Shown here: one piece after another, positions 17,757 to 28,456 of the stretch
Numbering within the stretch: the stretch's first letter is position 1
Layout: each line of letters begins with the position of its first letter
Assembly (NCBI GenBank): GCA_043821645.1
Contig: JBDRCO010000051.1
Span: forward strand, 96,001 to 160,000
Length of the DNA: 64,000 bases
Origin: Pseudomonadota bacterium
GTDB taxonomy: Bacteria; Myxococcota; JACRCW01; JAFGSX01
Direction of reading: 5' to 3'
Translations under genes and position numbers: made by a program
Notes under the pieces: generated by a model
Database searches by the model: none
Seen by the model: the letters and a program-made list of their open reading frames with translations, nothing else
Told to the model about the DNA's origin: nothing

Positions 17757-19061
17757 ATGCGTGTTGCAGTCATCGGATCGGGTTACGTGGGCTTGGTGAC
17801 AGGTGCCGGGCTGGCCCACTCGGGCAACGACGTCGTCTGCATCGACAAGGACCCGGACAAGGTCGCGACCCTCGAGCGCGGCGAGATCCCCTTTTACGAG
17901 CCTGGTCTGGCCGAGCTGGTGGCGGGCGTGCGTCGCGAGGGCCACCTGCGTTTCACCACCTCGATCGCCGAGGGCATGCGGGATGCGCAGATCGTGTTCC
18001 TGGCGGTGGGAACCCCTCCCAACGAGGACGGCTCTGCGGATGTGAGCCACGTGCTCGAGGCCGCCCGCGACGTCGGACGAGCGCTCACGGGCTTCGTCGT
18101 CGTCGTCACCAAGAGCACGGTCCCGGTGGGAACGGCGGTCCAGGTGCGCCAGGCCATCACCGAGATCACGACCCAGCCCTTTGCCGTGGCCAGCAATCCC
18201 GAGTTCCTCAAGGAGGGTGATGCGGTCAACGATTTCCTGAAGCCGGCGCGCATCGTCATCGGCACCGACGACCCGCAGGCGCGCGAACGGCTCGAGGAGC
18301 TGTACTCGCCCTACATCATCCGCGAGCACAAGGTCGCCTTCATGGACATCGCCTCGGCCGAACTGACCAAGTACGCAGCCAACGCGCTGCTAGCGACCAA
18401 GATCTCCTTCATCAATGAGATCGCAACCCTGTGCGAGATGGTCGGCGCCGACGTCGAGGCCGTGCGTCGAGCGGTGGGCGCGGATCCGCGAATCGGTCCC
18501 GCCTTCATCTATCCTGGAATTGGCTACGGCGGCTCGTGTTTCCCCAAGGACGTCAAGGCCATCGTCGCCACGGCCCGCGCGCACGGGTATCGCTTCGCCA
18601 TCGCCGAGGCGGTCGAGGCGGTCAACCAGCGCCAGCGCGGACTGCTGCTGGAGAAGATCGTGAAGCACTTCGGCGGCCGCCCCGAAGGTAAGACCATCGC
18701 CATCTGGGGTCTGGCCTTCAAGCCGCGCACGGACGATGTGCGCGAGGCTCCTGCTCTCACCTTGATCCAGGGCCTGCTCGCCCAGGGCGCCACCATCCGG
18801 GCCTACGACCCGGCGGCCATGCAGACCGCTCGCGCCGCGTTGGGGGACAGGCCGGTGCACTATGCCAGCACGGCCCTCGAGGCCGCCGAGGGCGCGGACG
18901 CGCTGTGCCTGTGTACCGAGTGGTCGACCTTCCGCCAGCCGGATTTCGAGCGCCTGCGATCCGTGATGCGGGAACCCACGATCTTCGACGGACGCAACAT
19001 CTACGATCTGGCACGGCTGCGCAGGCAAGGCTTCACGATCTACGGCGTGGGGCGCACCTGA
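17757..19061 (+). CDS. ugd: UDP-glucose 6-dehydrogenase
   Basis: GSGYVGL, AVGTP, KSTVPVGT, SNPEFLKEG, GYGGSCFPKD, GLAFKPRTDDVRE, DGRNIY. Confidence 0.95.
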   Translation: MRVAVIGSGYVGLVTGAGLAHSGNDVVCIDKDPDKVATLERGEIPFYEPGLAELVAGVRREGHLRFTTSIAEGMRDAQIVFLAVGTPPNEDGSADVSHVLEAARDVGRALTGFVVVVTKSTVPVGTAVQVRQAITEITTQPFAVASNPEFLKEGDAVNDFLKPARIVIGTDDPQARERLEELYSPYIIREHKVAFMDIASAELTKYAANALLATKISFINEIATLCEMVGADVEAVRRAVGADPRIGPAFIYPGIGYGGSCFPKDVKAIVATARAHGYRFAIAEAVEAVNQRQRGLLLEKIVKHFGGRPEGKTIAIWGLAFKPRTDDVREAPALTLIQGLLAQGATIRAYDPAAMQTARAALGDRPVHYASTALEAAEGADALCLCTEWSTFRQPDFERLRSVMREPTIFDGRNIYDLARLRRQGFTIYGVGRT

Positions 19062-20263
19062 TCCAGTGCCGGATCGACCCGCAACACGCGATTTCGGCCG
19101 GTCTCCTTGGCGCGGTAGAGGGCAGCGTCCGCCAGCTTGATCAGGCTCGCGGCGTCGCCAGCGTCGGCCGGAAAGCTCGCCACACCTCCTGACACGGATA
19201 CGCACCCCAGAGGTTGCTGTGCGGCGTGGGCAATGGGCGCAGCGGCGATGGCCTGGCGGATGCGGTCCGCATGAAAGAAGGCCTGCTGCCCGTCGGCGCC
19301 CAGCAGGATGACCAGGAACTCCTCACCGCCATAGCGACAGACCACGTCGGAGCCTCGGGTCACCTGGCGGGCCAGATGGGCTACAGCCTGCAAGCAACCA
19401 TCACCAGGCTGGTGCCCGTTGGTGTCGTTGTAATGCTTGAAGTTGTCGACGTCGAAAAGGAAGACGCTCACCGCCATTCCGTAGGACTGGGCGCGCGCCA
19501 GCTCGTCGGGGAGCCGTCTATCCAGGTGCCGGCGGTTGTACAGCCCGGTGAGCTGGTCGAGGTCCGCCTTGAGGCGCTCGTCATCGAGGGCGCGTACACC
19601 TTCGGCGCTGACGGCGTGCACGTCGGCGATCATCTGCACCACGCGCCGGATCAGCTGGTCATCCTGCTTCGTGTCATCGAGCACGGCGAAGGCATAGGTA
19701 TCCTCGTGGCGCCGCATGGCCACGGTGAGATCCGCCCGGAAAAGCTCATCAGCAAAACCCACCGGCAAGGTCCCGGGGTCGAGATCTCGCGCGGAACGCA
19801 CGCCTATCCACTTCGACAGGGATCCGAGCCGACCCTCCCCTGGCACAAAGGCCACATCCTGCGTCGGCCGCACCCCGCCACCATAGACCTCGAGCACGAA
19901 GCGCCCACTGCTGCGCTCGGGCACGAACAGACCGATACGGGACGCGCCGCAGTATTCCATGAGCGCGCGCGCGGTGGTGCGACACAGCTCGGTGTTCGAG
20001 CGTGCAGCCCCGATCTTGTTCACGGTCTCGGGCAGGTTGAGCAGGAGCTCGAGCATCCGGTGATGCTTCTTCTCCGAATCTGAGAGATCCCGGTGTAATC
20101 GCTGGGCCCGCTGCCGAGCGTCGTCGAGTTCCTGGCTGGTCTCGCGACGGACTCCCCGGCTGGCCTTGCTCGCTCCTCGCCACTTCCCCAGCAGGTAGCC
20201 AAGCACCGCCGCTGCACAGGACGCACCGACCAGCTTGATCACAGGCAGCCACTCAGCCGGCAT
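19040..20263 (-). CDS. Membrane-anchored GAF-GGDEF diguanylate cyclase
   Basis: N-terminal TM helix and coiled coil; GAF-like region; DQLTGLYNRR, DVDNFKHYNDTNGH, RGSD (I-site), RYGGEEF, ADAALYRAK. Confidence 0.92.
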   Translation of the reverse strand: MPAEWLPVIKLVGASCAAAVLGYLLGKWRGASKASRGVRRETSQELDDARQRAQRLHRDLSDSEKKHHRMLELLLNLPETVNKIGAARSNTELCRTTARALMEYCGASRIGLFVPERSSGRFVLEVYGGGVRPTQDVAFVPGEGRLGSLSKWIGVRSARDLDPGTLPVGFADELFRADLTVAMRRHEDTYAFAVLDDTKQDDQLIRRVVQMIADVHAVSAEGVRALDDERLKADLDQLTGLYNRRHLDRRLPDELARAQSYGMAVSVFLFDVDNFKHYNDTNGHQPGDGCLQAVAHLARQVTRGSDVVCRYGGEEFLVILLGADGQQAFFHADRIRQAIAAAPIAHAAQQPLGCVSVSGGVASFPADAGDAASLIKLADAALYRAKETGRNRVLRVDPALDQVRPTP

Positions 20264-20364
20264 GACCCTCCCTCATTGCCTGACCCCATGCATTCTTGCA
20301 GCATAGCGGATCCTTGAGCCGCGGACCATGCACCGGTACAGTCCCCTGCCTGGAGGCATCTGCC

Positions 20365-21291
20365 ATGCGCATCCTGGTCACCGGCGGCGCCGGGTTCATC
20401 GGATCTCACCTCTGCGAGCGCCTGCTCCGCGACGGTCACGAGGTCCTGTGCTGCGACAACTTCTTCACCGGACGCCGCCAGAACGTGGCGCCGCTGCTCA
20501 CGAACGCGCGCTTCGAGTTGCTCCGTCACGACGTCACCCAGCCCTTGCTGGTCGAGGTTGATGCAATCTACAACCTGGCCTGCCCGGCCTCGCCGGTGCA
20601 CTACCAACTCAACCCAGTCAAGACCATCAAGACCAACGTCTTGGGAGCACTGCATATGCTGGGGCTGGCCAAGCGTGTGCGGGCGCGTGTGCTGCAGGCC
20701 TCGACCAGCGAGGTTTATGGCGACCCACAGGTGCATCCCCAGCGCGAGGACTACTGGGGCCACGTCAACCCCGTCGGTGTGCGCTCGTGTTACGACGAAG
20801 GCAAGCGTGTCGCCGAGACACTCATGTTCGACTACCACCGCCAGAGCGGTGTCGACATCCGGGTGGTCCGCATCTTCAACACCTACGGTCCACGGATGTT
20901 GCCCGACGACGGGCGGGTGGTCAGCAACTTCATCGTGCAGGCCCTGCGCGGTGAGGATCTGACCATCTTTGGTGACGGCAGCCAGACGCGCAGTTTCTGC
21001 TTCGTCGACGACCTGGTCGACGGCCTGGTGCGGATGATGGAGCAGGATCAGGTGGTGGGACCGGTCAACCTGGGCAACCCCGCCGAGCTTCGGGTCCTGG
21101 ACCTGGCACACAAGGTCATCGAGCTGACCGGCACCAGCGCGGACATCCGGTTCTTGCCTCTGCCCGCGGACGATCCCGTGCGCCGCAAGCCCGACATCAG
21201 CCTGGCCCAGAAGTTCCTGCGCTGGACGCCCGAGGTGCAGCTCGAAGAGGGCCTGCCTCGCACCGTCGACTACTTCCGCTCCCAGGTGTGA
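20365..21291 (+). CDS. UDP-glucuronate decarboxylase (UDP-xylose synthase) family SDR
   Basis: [60 protein letters not shown]. Confidence 0.93.
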   Translation: MRILVTGGAGFIGSHLCERLLRDGHEVLCCDNFFTGRRQNVAPLLTNARFELLRHDVTQPLLVEVDAIYNLACPASPVHYQLNPVKTIKTNVLGALHMLGLAKRVRARVLQASTSEVYGDPQVHPQREDYWGHVNPVGVRSCYDEGKRVAETLMFDYHRQSGVDIRVVRIFNTYGPRMLPDDGRVVSNFIVQALRGEDLTIFGDGSQTRSFCFVDDLVDGLVRMMEQDQVVGPVNLGNPAELRVLDLAHKVIELTGTSADIRFLPLPADDPVRRKPDISLAQKFLRWTPEVQLEEGLPRTVDYFRSQV

Positions 21292-21298
21292 CGCCGGA

Positions 21299-21865
21299 TC
21301 AAGGTGCGTGCTGCAGATTCTCGCCGTCGAGTCTGTAGTGGATGGCACAGGGGCCGCAGATCAGATCGTCATCCAGGCGGCGACCACACTCGCAGACCCA
21401 GGCGATGCGACGCGCGGGAGTCCCGACCACCAGTGCGTGGGCGGACACGCTGCGCGTCACCACGGCGCCGGCGCCGACGAAGGCCCAGGCGCCCACCTGC
21501 ACACCGGCCAGCAGCGTCGCATTGGCACCGATGGTGGCACCCTGTCCGACGGTGATGGCCGCAGCAGAAGCGCGGCGACCGGGGTTGGCGCGTGGTACCT
21601 CGACGTTGGTGAAGACCGCCGAGGGGCCCACGAACACCCTGTCGTCGAGATCCACGCCGTCATAGAGCGAGACGTTGTTGCAGACGGTGACACCGTCGCC
21701 GAGCCGCACATGGGGCGCGACGTAGACATTTTGCCCCAGCGTGCAGTGCATGCCGATGCGCGCGCCCGACGCCACGTGGGAGAAGTGCCACACCTTGGTG
21801 CCTGCGCCAACGTCGGCACCATGGTCCACCACGGCTGTCTCGTGCACGAACACGCTGATCGACAT
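21299..21865 (-). CDS. Hexapeptide-repeat sugar N-acetyltransferase (WbpD/WlbB-like)
   Basis: FVHETAVVD.GA.VG.GTKVWHFSH, GQNV, NNVSLYDGV, GPSAVFTN, GANAT; C-terminal WVCECG..CGPC. Confidence 0.88.
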   Translation of the reverse strand: MSISVFVHETAVVDHGADVGAGTKVWHFSHVASGARIGMHCTLGQNVYVAPHVRLGDGVTVCNNVSLYDGVDLDDRVFVGPSAVFTNVEVPRANPGRRASAAAITVGQGATIGANATLLAGVQVGAWAFVGAGAVVTRSVSAHALVVGTPARRIAWVCECGRRLDDDLICGPCAIHYRLDGENLQHAP

Positions 21866-22013
21866 ACTCTCCTCCGCGCGTCACGGGTTGTCCTCGCGCG
21901 AACTGGCACCGTTTGATCTTCACCGTAACATCGCGTGAAATGGAGCCACAACCCGTGCGACGGGCGAGGTCTGTCAAGCCTGGCAAGCCACCGATGGGAT
22001 GAGGACTGTACCC

Positions 22014-24551
22014 ATGCCGAGCGAACGCCCACGCGGGGCCTGGCTGAATCCGCTGGCCGACGGGGCCCTGTTTGCCGCGTGTGTGTGTGCACCGCTCGCC
22101 GTCGGTGGAGTCTACCTGTGGTCGCAGGAACTGCTGTTGATGCTGGTCGGCGTGGCCCTCGTGGCCAGCATGCTCAACCAGAGGCGACGCGGCCATCGTA
22201 TCAGCGTGCCTCTGCTGGCGGCTCTGCCGGCGAGCTTCGTGGTGCTGTGCGCGCTGCAACTGCTGCCGCTGCCACCGGCGATGCTGCGAGTCCTGTCACC
22301 GACCGGCTACGAGATGCTGGACACCACGCTGACGCCTCTGGGCGCCCTGGGCTGGCATAGCGTATCCCTGGATCCACCAGCCACGGCCCTTGAGCTCGGC
22401 AAGGCCCTGCTCTACCTGTTGCTCGTGGTGGCCGCCTGCGTGCGCGGGCGCGAGCCCCACGGTGGACGCATGCTTCTGGCTGCGGTGGCCTGGAGCGGGG
22501 TGGCGACCCTGATGCTGGCGGCGGTGCACACGCTGGGCAACATGTCGCGGCCCTACGGGATGTTTGGCGGCCCCAGCAACAGCTTCTTGACCACGCCCTT
22601 CGTCAATCCCAATCACGCCGCGGGATTCTTTGGCATCGCCACCTTTGCAGCGGCGGGCCTCGCGCTGTCGCAACGCGATCGTGCGCGCACCGGACTGTGG
22701 AGTCTGGCGGCGATCCTGCTCGCCGCGGCCGTGCCCCTGACCCTCTCCCGCGGTGGCATCCTGGCGCTGGTGGCGACGTTGCTGTTCGGAGCCTGGCTGG
22801 TGTATGCGCGGACGCGCAGTGAGCGTGCAACCCTGTGGTGGGTCCACCTGGGTGTGGGTCTGGCCATCGCGGTGGCCGCCTACCTCGCCTACCAGCCCAT
22901 CGCTGCCGAACTCGCCACCCTCGACCCCGGCGACCTTCAGGGCGACAAGCGCTTCCTGTGGCGCGAGGCCCTGGCCATGGTGCCGTCCTTCGCCGGCACC
23001 GGCACCGGTCGCGGGGCTTTTGCCCGGGTCTTCCCGGCCTTCAAATCCAACGCCTACACAGCCTCGTTCGAGTTCGCCGAGAGTGCACCGATCCAGTGGC
23101 TGGCCGATTTCGGAATGGTCGCCGGTGGCGCGCTGCTGCTGGCCGTGGCCCTCGCCTTTGCGCTGGCCGTGCGCCGGGCCTGGCAGCGTCGACGAGCGGC
23201 AGCGCTGGCGGCCCTGTTCTTCGCGCTGGTGCACAACCTCGTGGATTTCAACCTTGAGATCCCCGGCGTGGCCATCCCCTTGCTACTGGTGGCGGTGATG
23301 CTCAGCGACAGGCGTCGCGACGAGGCCGCAGCGCCGCGTCCGATTCGGCTGGGCGTGCCGGTGCCCCTCGCCCTGGGCACGGGTCTCGTCCTGATCGCTC
23401 TGGCCACGATGAGCCTGCGCCACGGACACCTCAACGACGGGCGTGTCCTCGATGGACAGATCGCCGCCACCAGGGATCCAGCCAGGCTCGGGGCGCTCGC
23501 CGCCCGGGGGTTGCGCCAGCATCCCACGGACTACCTGTATGCCCTGACCATGGCCCGGGCGCACCTCGCCGGCGGGCCCGAGGACAGGGAGCGCGGCCTG
23601 CGCTGGCTCAACCGCTCGCTGCGTCTGAACCCAACCCACGGACTGACCCACCGCTTGATCGCGCGCACGCTGTGGGTCCAGGGCGTGCGCTTGCAGGCCC
23701 TCGAGAGCTGGCGCCGCGCCGTCGCGCTGCAACCTGCGCAGAAGAATGCCATCCTCGGCGAGCTGCTCAAGCTGGATGCGCAGTACCCCGAACTGGCAAG
23801 CGGGCTCCCGGCCGTGGACGCCATGGCGCTGTGCACGGGCCTGCGCGCCCGGCAGCGCCGCGACGAGGCCTGGGCCTGCCTGCTCGATCACCTGGAGCGG
23901 AACCCCCAGGACGCCGATGCCCTTGCGGTTGGCACCGGCTGGGCGGTGGCGGAGGGGGACACGCCGCGGGGTGATGGGCTCGTGCAACGCCTGCTCGACT
24001 CCGCGCCACGCGATGCACGCGGACCTCTGTATCGCGGACAGATCCTGCTGCGGCAGGGCCAGGCCGCCGAGGCCATCGCGACCTGGGAGCAGGCGCTCGA
24101 CCAGGTGGATGAACCCGCTCCCCTGCTGCACGCACTGTTCGAGCGTGCGCTGCGCGATCGGCGCTTCGTCGAGGCCCGCGAGTGCCTCGACAGGTTGCGA
24201 CGGCATGGAAGCCCGAGTCCCGGCACCGCGGCCCAGCACCACCACCTCGCGGGCCGCCTGTACCTGGCCCAGGATCTGCCAGCACGAGCGCTGCGCGAAT
24301 TCGAGACCGCCCTTGCGCTGTCCACGGCCTCGGCAAGCTACCTGCAGGCGGTGGCCGATACCGAGCAGAAGCTGGGCCGCCTGGATCGCGCCCTCGAGCA
24401 CTACCAGACGCTGCGGCGCCAGCACCCCAACCTGGCCTGGGTGGACCAGCGCATTCGCGCTATCGAGGAACTGCGGGCCAAGCGCGAGACTGCAGCACGC
24501 TGGCAACAGGTCCGGGAGCCGGACGCCGGAGCCGCGGAACGCACACCTTGA
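22014..24551 (+). CDS. O-antigen ligase/Wzy_C family membrane protein with C-terminal TPRs
   Basis: Multiple TM helices; PFVNPNH, TLSRGG, GTGRGAF, HNLVDFNL; helical TPR-like C-terminal half. Confidence 0.85.
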   Translation: MPSERPRGAWLNPLADGALFAACVCAPLAVGGVYLWSQELLLMLVGVALVASMLNQRRRGHRISVPLLAALPASFVVLCALQLLPLPPAMLRVLSPTGYEMLDTTLTPLGALGWHSVSLDPPATALELGKALLYLLLVVAACVRGREPHGGRMLLAAVAWSGVATLMLAAVHTLGNMSRPYGMFGGPSNSFLTTPFVNPNHAAGFFGIATFAAAGLALSQRDRARTGLWSLAAILLAAAVPLTLSRGGILALVATLLFGAWLVYARTRSERATLWWVHLGVGLAIAVAAYLAYQPIAAELATLDPGDLQGDKRFLWREALAMVPSFAGTGTGRGAFARVFPAFKSNAYTASFEFAESAPIQWLADFGMVAGGALLLAVALAFALAVRRAWQRRRAAALAALFFALVHNLVDFNLEIPGVAIPLLLVAVMLSDRRRDEAAAPRPIRLGVPVPLALGTGLVLIALATMSLRHGHLNDGRVLDGQIAATRDPARLGALAARGLRQHPTDYLYALTMARAHLAGGPEDRERGLRWLNRSLRLNPTHGLTHRLIARTLWVQGVRLQALESWRRAVALQPAQKNAILGELLKLDAQYPELASGLPAVDAMALCTGLRARQRRDEAWACLLDHLERNPQDADALAVGTGWAVAEGDTPRGDGLVQRLLDSAPRDARGPLYRGQILLRQGQAAEAIATWEQALDQVDEPAPLLHALFERALRDRRFVEARECLDRLRRHGSPSPGTAAQHHHLAGRLYLAQDLPARALREFETALALSTASASYLQAVADTEQKLGRLDRALEHYQTLRRQHPNLAWVDQRIRAIEELRAKRETAARWQQVREPDAGAAERTP

Positions 24552-24667
24552 TCCTCGGACCAGGACACTGCTGTTCTTGACTTCAGGTCGGCCTGCTCGA
24601 ACAATCAGGCCGTCGGGGGCAGCCGGGCTCAAACGGATGGGACCGCAGCCGGCCGTCGAGGGCAGAC

Positions 24668-27472
24668 GTGGCCAAGAAGAACCTCCTCCTTGTCGATGGT
24701 GACGCTCGTAGCCAGCGCTTGCTCGAGGTCAGCCTGCGCAAGGCGGGCTTCTCGGTGACCACCGCAGTCCATGGCAACGACGCCATGGAGAAGGTCGCCA
24801 TCGCGATGCCCGATCTCATCATCTCCGACACCAAGCTCCCCGAGGGAGACGGCTTTGACTTCTGTCGCCGACTCAAATCCGAGTCCAAGACCGAAAGTAT
24901 CCCGTTCATCTTCCTGACCGCGCAGAAGGCCATCGAGCACAAGATCAAGGGGCTCGAGCTCGGCGTCGACGACTACTTGACCAAGCCCATCTACATGAAG
25001 GAGGTCGTCACCCGCGTCCGCATCCTGCTCGAGAAGCGGGAAAAGGAATCCCTGGAACGCCGCGATCGCTCTGGCTTCAGCGGCTTTCTCGGCGACATGG
25101 GTGTGGTCGACCTGCTGCAGACCATCGAGATCGGCCGCAAGACAGGCATCCTGCACCTCGAGAATCCACCGCAGTCCGGCGAGGTCTTCTTTCGCAATGG
25201 CAAGGTGGTGGATGCGGAGGTGGGGCGGCTCCGCGGCGACAAGGCGGTGTATCGATTCCTGGTCTGGAACGATGGTGTGTTCAGCCTGGATTTCGTCGCC
25301 CACGAGCGAAACGACAACATCGAGCTGTCGACCCAGGGACTGCTGATGGAGGGCATGCGCCGCGTCGACGAGTGGGGACGCATGCTCGAGCAGCTCCCGC
25401 CCCTCGACAACCGCTTCGATATCGACTACCGCGAGTTCGCCAGTCGCCTGGCCGAGATTCCCGACGAGGTCAACTCCATCCTCCGCCTGTTCGACGGCGA
25501 GCAGACCCTGATGGAGATCGTGGACCTGAGCGATTTCGGCGACCTCGAGGCGCTCAACATCATCTCCAAGCTCTACTTCGAGGGCCTGATTCACGACGTC
25601 ACCACGCGAAACAGCGCCGATGACGGCACCGCAGCGGCCCGGGTGAGCTCGTGGCTGGATGAGCCTGCCAGAGAGGATGCAACACCCACCGAGGATCCTC
25701 CCACGGCCGCAGCACCGGCTTCGTCGCCTGCCCTGGAGCCCTCCCTACCTCCCGCCGCGGTCACCGAGGACCAGTTGCCTGTCTCGACGCTGGCACCCGC
25801 GTCCAGCTCTCCACTGATCGACAAGGAGGCCCCGGTGGCGCTGGCAGCCGAGGCCGCCGAGCGCGTGGCGAGCTGGCTCGAAGAGCCGGTGGCATCCCCG
25901 GCGGCAGCCCGCCCGGAGGACGCGGCGACCGACCAGGAGGACGACTGGGACGACGTGGTGGCGCCGGTGAGCGAGAGTGAGCTGGCTGCGGCTCTGCAGA
26001 GCCCCCAGGCCGAGGAGTCAGGTCCGGGCAAGGACCTGGATCGCTCGCTCGAAGACGCCCTGAGCACGCAGCTCTCCATCGAGGTCGGCGCTCCCCCCGG
26101 ACCACAGGCGAATGTGCTGGAACTGCCCGAGGACAGGTCCGTCGAGATCGCCGACCGGGACAGCGGTGGCTCGCTCGAAGACGCCCTCGCCGAACAGCTC
26201 ATCGCCCAGGCGCTCGACGACATGGATGGCGACGATGACGTCGAGCCTCCGCCGTCGCAGAGCTCTCCCATCGAGCTGACCACCCCCAAGAAGACGAAGA
26301 CCGAGCCCCTGTTCACGCTTCCGCGTGGCGGAGCCGCAGGCGGCGTGCCCGCTGAAACTCAGGATTCGCCCGCGGTAGCGGCTGCAACGCCGGTCACCCA
26401 GCCTCCGTTCGCGGCGCCAGCACCGTCCGCAGTCCTCGCCGCGACGAGCCAGGTGGAGGATCTCCCGCCGTCCAGACCCGCGGTGGTCCAGGAAAGTGAC
26501 GTGGTCGAGACCGTGGTCCCGCCCACACCCGCTGCACCTGCCGTGGCCGGTGGCAGCAGTCGCCCAACCAATGCCGAGGAGAGCTTCTTTGGCGACGACC
26601 AGGTCGCCAGGGAGTCTTCGCTCGCGGGTTCGCGATCCCTGTCGACCCCGTCCTTCAGCCGGGACGAGATGCCACCGCTGATGCCGGCCGCGCCGCCGGG
26701 CAGTGATGGCCGAGGCGGCCGGGGTCGATTGGGCATCCTGTTGGTGGCCGCGCTGGGACTGTTCCTGTTCGGCGGCACCGCCGGCGTGTTGATCGTCGGA
26801 GGCTTCTCTTTTCAGGAGCTGCGCGACCGTCTGACGGGTTCTGCAAGCCAACCCGTTGCCACGGTCGTCGACGCTGCCATGGCAGCGCCAGACGCGGCCC
26901 CCGCGGTGGTCCTGCCGCCCGCCGCCACCGATGCAGCAACTCCAGCAGCAGCCGGTTCCGATGCGGCAAGCGTTGCCGTGGCGACGACGCCCGATGCCTC
27001 AACACCGCCCGTCGACGCGGGGACCGCAACGCCGACACCCGCAGTGACCCCTCGCCGCCCCGACGCGGGCCACCGAGCGGCAGTCGAACCCAAACCCGCA
27101 GCCCCCCAGGAAACCTTCGAAGACTACATCAAGAAGGGCCGGGCCCTGGCCGATCGCGGCAAGCTGCGTCCGGCAGTGGCGGCCTACCGCAAGGCTCTGG
27201 AGATCAACAGCCGCAGTCCCGAGGCCTACACCGCCCTGGCCAACGCCTACTACGAGCTCGACGAGCTGAGCAATGCCGAACGCAACCTCAAGAAGGCCGT
27301 GACCATCAACGATCGCTACGCCCCGGCCTACGTGCTGCTCGGTACGGTGTACCAGTCTCTAGGCCGCAACGCAGAAGCGATCCAGGCCTACGATCGCTAC
27401 CTGACCCTCGCACCCAGCGGACCCTTCGCCAAGGACGTGCGCGAGGTCGTGTCCCGGCTCAAGGCGCGCTGA
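24668..27472 (+). CDS. Receiver + DUF4388 + acidic/Pro linker + TM + TPR protein
   Basis: LLVDGD..DLIISDTKLP..DDYLTKP; FSGFLGDMGVVDLLQTIEIGRKTG; LLMEGMRRVDEW; one TM helix (LGILLVAALGLFLFGG); three C-terminal TPRs. Confidence 0.88.
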   Translation: MAKKNLLLVDGDARSQRLLEVSLRKAGFSVTTAVHGNDAMEKVAIAMPDLIISDTKLPEGDGFDFCRRLKSESKTESIPFIFLTAQKAIEHKIKGLELGVDDYLTKPIYMKEVVTRVRILLEKREKESLERRDRSGFSGFLGDMGVVDLLQTIEIGRKTGILHLENPPQSGEVFFRNGKVVDAEVGRLRGDKAVYRFLVWNDGVFSLDFVAHERNDNIELSTQGLLMEGMRRVDEWGRMLEQLPPLDNRFDIDYREFASRLAEIPDEVNSILRLFDGEQTLMEIVDLSDFGDLEALNIISKLYFEGLIHDVTTRNSADDGTAAARVSSWLDEPAREDATPTEDPPTAAAPASSPALEPSLPPAAVTEDQLPVSTLAPASSSPLIDKEAPVALAAEAAERVASWLEEPVASPAAARPEDAATDQEDDWDDVVAPVSESELAAALQSPQAEESGPGKDLDRSLEDALSTQLSIEVGAPPGPQANVLELPEDRSVEIADRDSGGSLEDALAEQLIAQALDDMDGDDDVEPPPSQSSPIELTTPKKTKTEPLFTLPRGGAAGGVPAETQDSPAVAAATPVTQPPFAAPAPSAVLAATSQVEDLPPSRPAVVQESDVVETVVPPTPAAPAVAGGSSRPTNAEESFFGDDQVARESSLAGSRSLSTPSFSRDEMPPLMPAAPPGSDGRGGRGRLGILLVAALGLFLFGGTAGVLIVGGFSFQELRDRLTGSASQPVATVVDAAMAAPDAAPAVVLPPAATDAATPAAAGSDAASVAVATTPDASTPPVDAGTATPTPAVTPRRPDAGHRAAVEPKPAAPQETFEDYIKKGRALADRGKLRPAVAAYRKALEINSRSPEAYTALANAYYELDELSNAERNLKKAVTINDRYAPAYVLLGTVYQSLGRNAEAIQAYDRYLTLAPSGPFAKDVREVVSRLKAR

Positions 27473-27532
27473 ACCCGATACCCCTCGACCACGGCTTGTG
27501 AGAGATACCGCGGCCGTGATAGCCACACTCCC

Positions 27533-28456
27533 ATGAACGCCCACGCCACGCCCCTTGTCGACGAGGGACCCCTGCGCGCCCTGAGCGTGGCGGCCAGCGT
27601 TGGCCGGCTGCACATCGTGGCCATCGCCAGCCTCGGAACCCTGACCTTTGGCTGGCTGTTCACGGGGCACTACCTGTGGGGTCTGGCCGCCGTCTGTGCC
27701 CTGGACTGGTTCGTGGTCAACCTGCTCAACCGCGTGGTCGACCTGCCCGAGGATCGCATCAACCGCATCACCGGCGTCGGCTTCGTCGAACGACATCGCC
27801 GTGCCGTACTCGGGGTGGGTTTTGGTACGCTGGCCGCATCTCTCGTCGTCACCCAGCTCGCGATCCCGCAGATCACTGGCCTGCGCCTCGCCTACCAGGC
27901 CCTGGGTCTGTGCTACAACTGGCCGCTGCTCCCTGGCCGCCGGCGCCTCAAGCAGCTCTACCTGGCCAAGAACCTGGCCTCGGCCGCAGGCTTCGTGCTC
28001 ACGGTCTTTCTCTATCCGCTGGCGCTGGTGACCGACGGCAGCTTGCCCCTGGTGGCCGACATCGACCTGCGAGGCGTCCTGCTGGCGGCCCTGTTCTTCG
28101 TGCCCTTCGAACTCAGCTACGAGGTCCTGTACGATCTGCGCGACGCCGAAGGCGATCGCGCCGCGGGCGTGCAAAGCTTCGCGGTGGTGCACGGAGAGCG
28201 CATCACGACGGGGATCGTCGACGGGCTCATCGCGGTGTCGCTGCTGCCGCTGATCATCGGCTACGGGCTTGGCCTGGTGCCCTGGCGCCTGACCATCATG
28301 GGCGCCGCACCCCTGCTCCAGTTCGTGCTGTACAAGCGCTGGCTGCGCCGGGGCATCACGGCTCGCGACTGCATCCACCTGACCTGGTTGGGCGCTGGCC
28401 TGCTGGCGGGCTACCACCTGTGGATCCTGCTCGGCCTGCCGGGCGCGGGAGCCTGA
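27533..28456 (+). CDS. UbiA family prenyltransferase
   Basis: Asp-rich motifs NRVVDLPEDRIN and YDLRDAEGDRAAG; multiple TM helices. Confidence 0.85.
   Translation: MNAHATPLVDEGPLRALSVAASVGRLHIVAIASLGTLTFGWLFTGHYLWGLAAVCALDWFVVNLLNRVVDLPEDRINRITGVGFVERHRRAVLGVGFGTLAASLVVTQLAIPQITGLRLAYQALGLCYNWPLLPGRRRLKQLYLAKNLASAAGFVLTVFLYPLALVTDGSLPLVADIDLRGVLLAALFFVPFELSYEVLYDLRDAEGDRAAGVQSFAVVHGERITTGIVDGLIAVSLLPLIIGYGLGLVPWRLTIMGAAPLLQFVLYKRWLRRGITARDCIHLTWLGAGLLAGYHLWILLGLPGAGA

Noticed and set aside
21903-21920. Sigma-54 promoter-like TGGCAC upstream of the ligase gene
   Set aside because: The -12 element (TTGC) is not matched at the required spacing.
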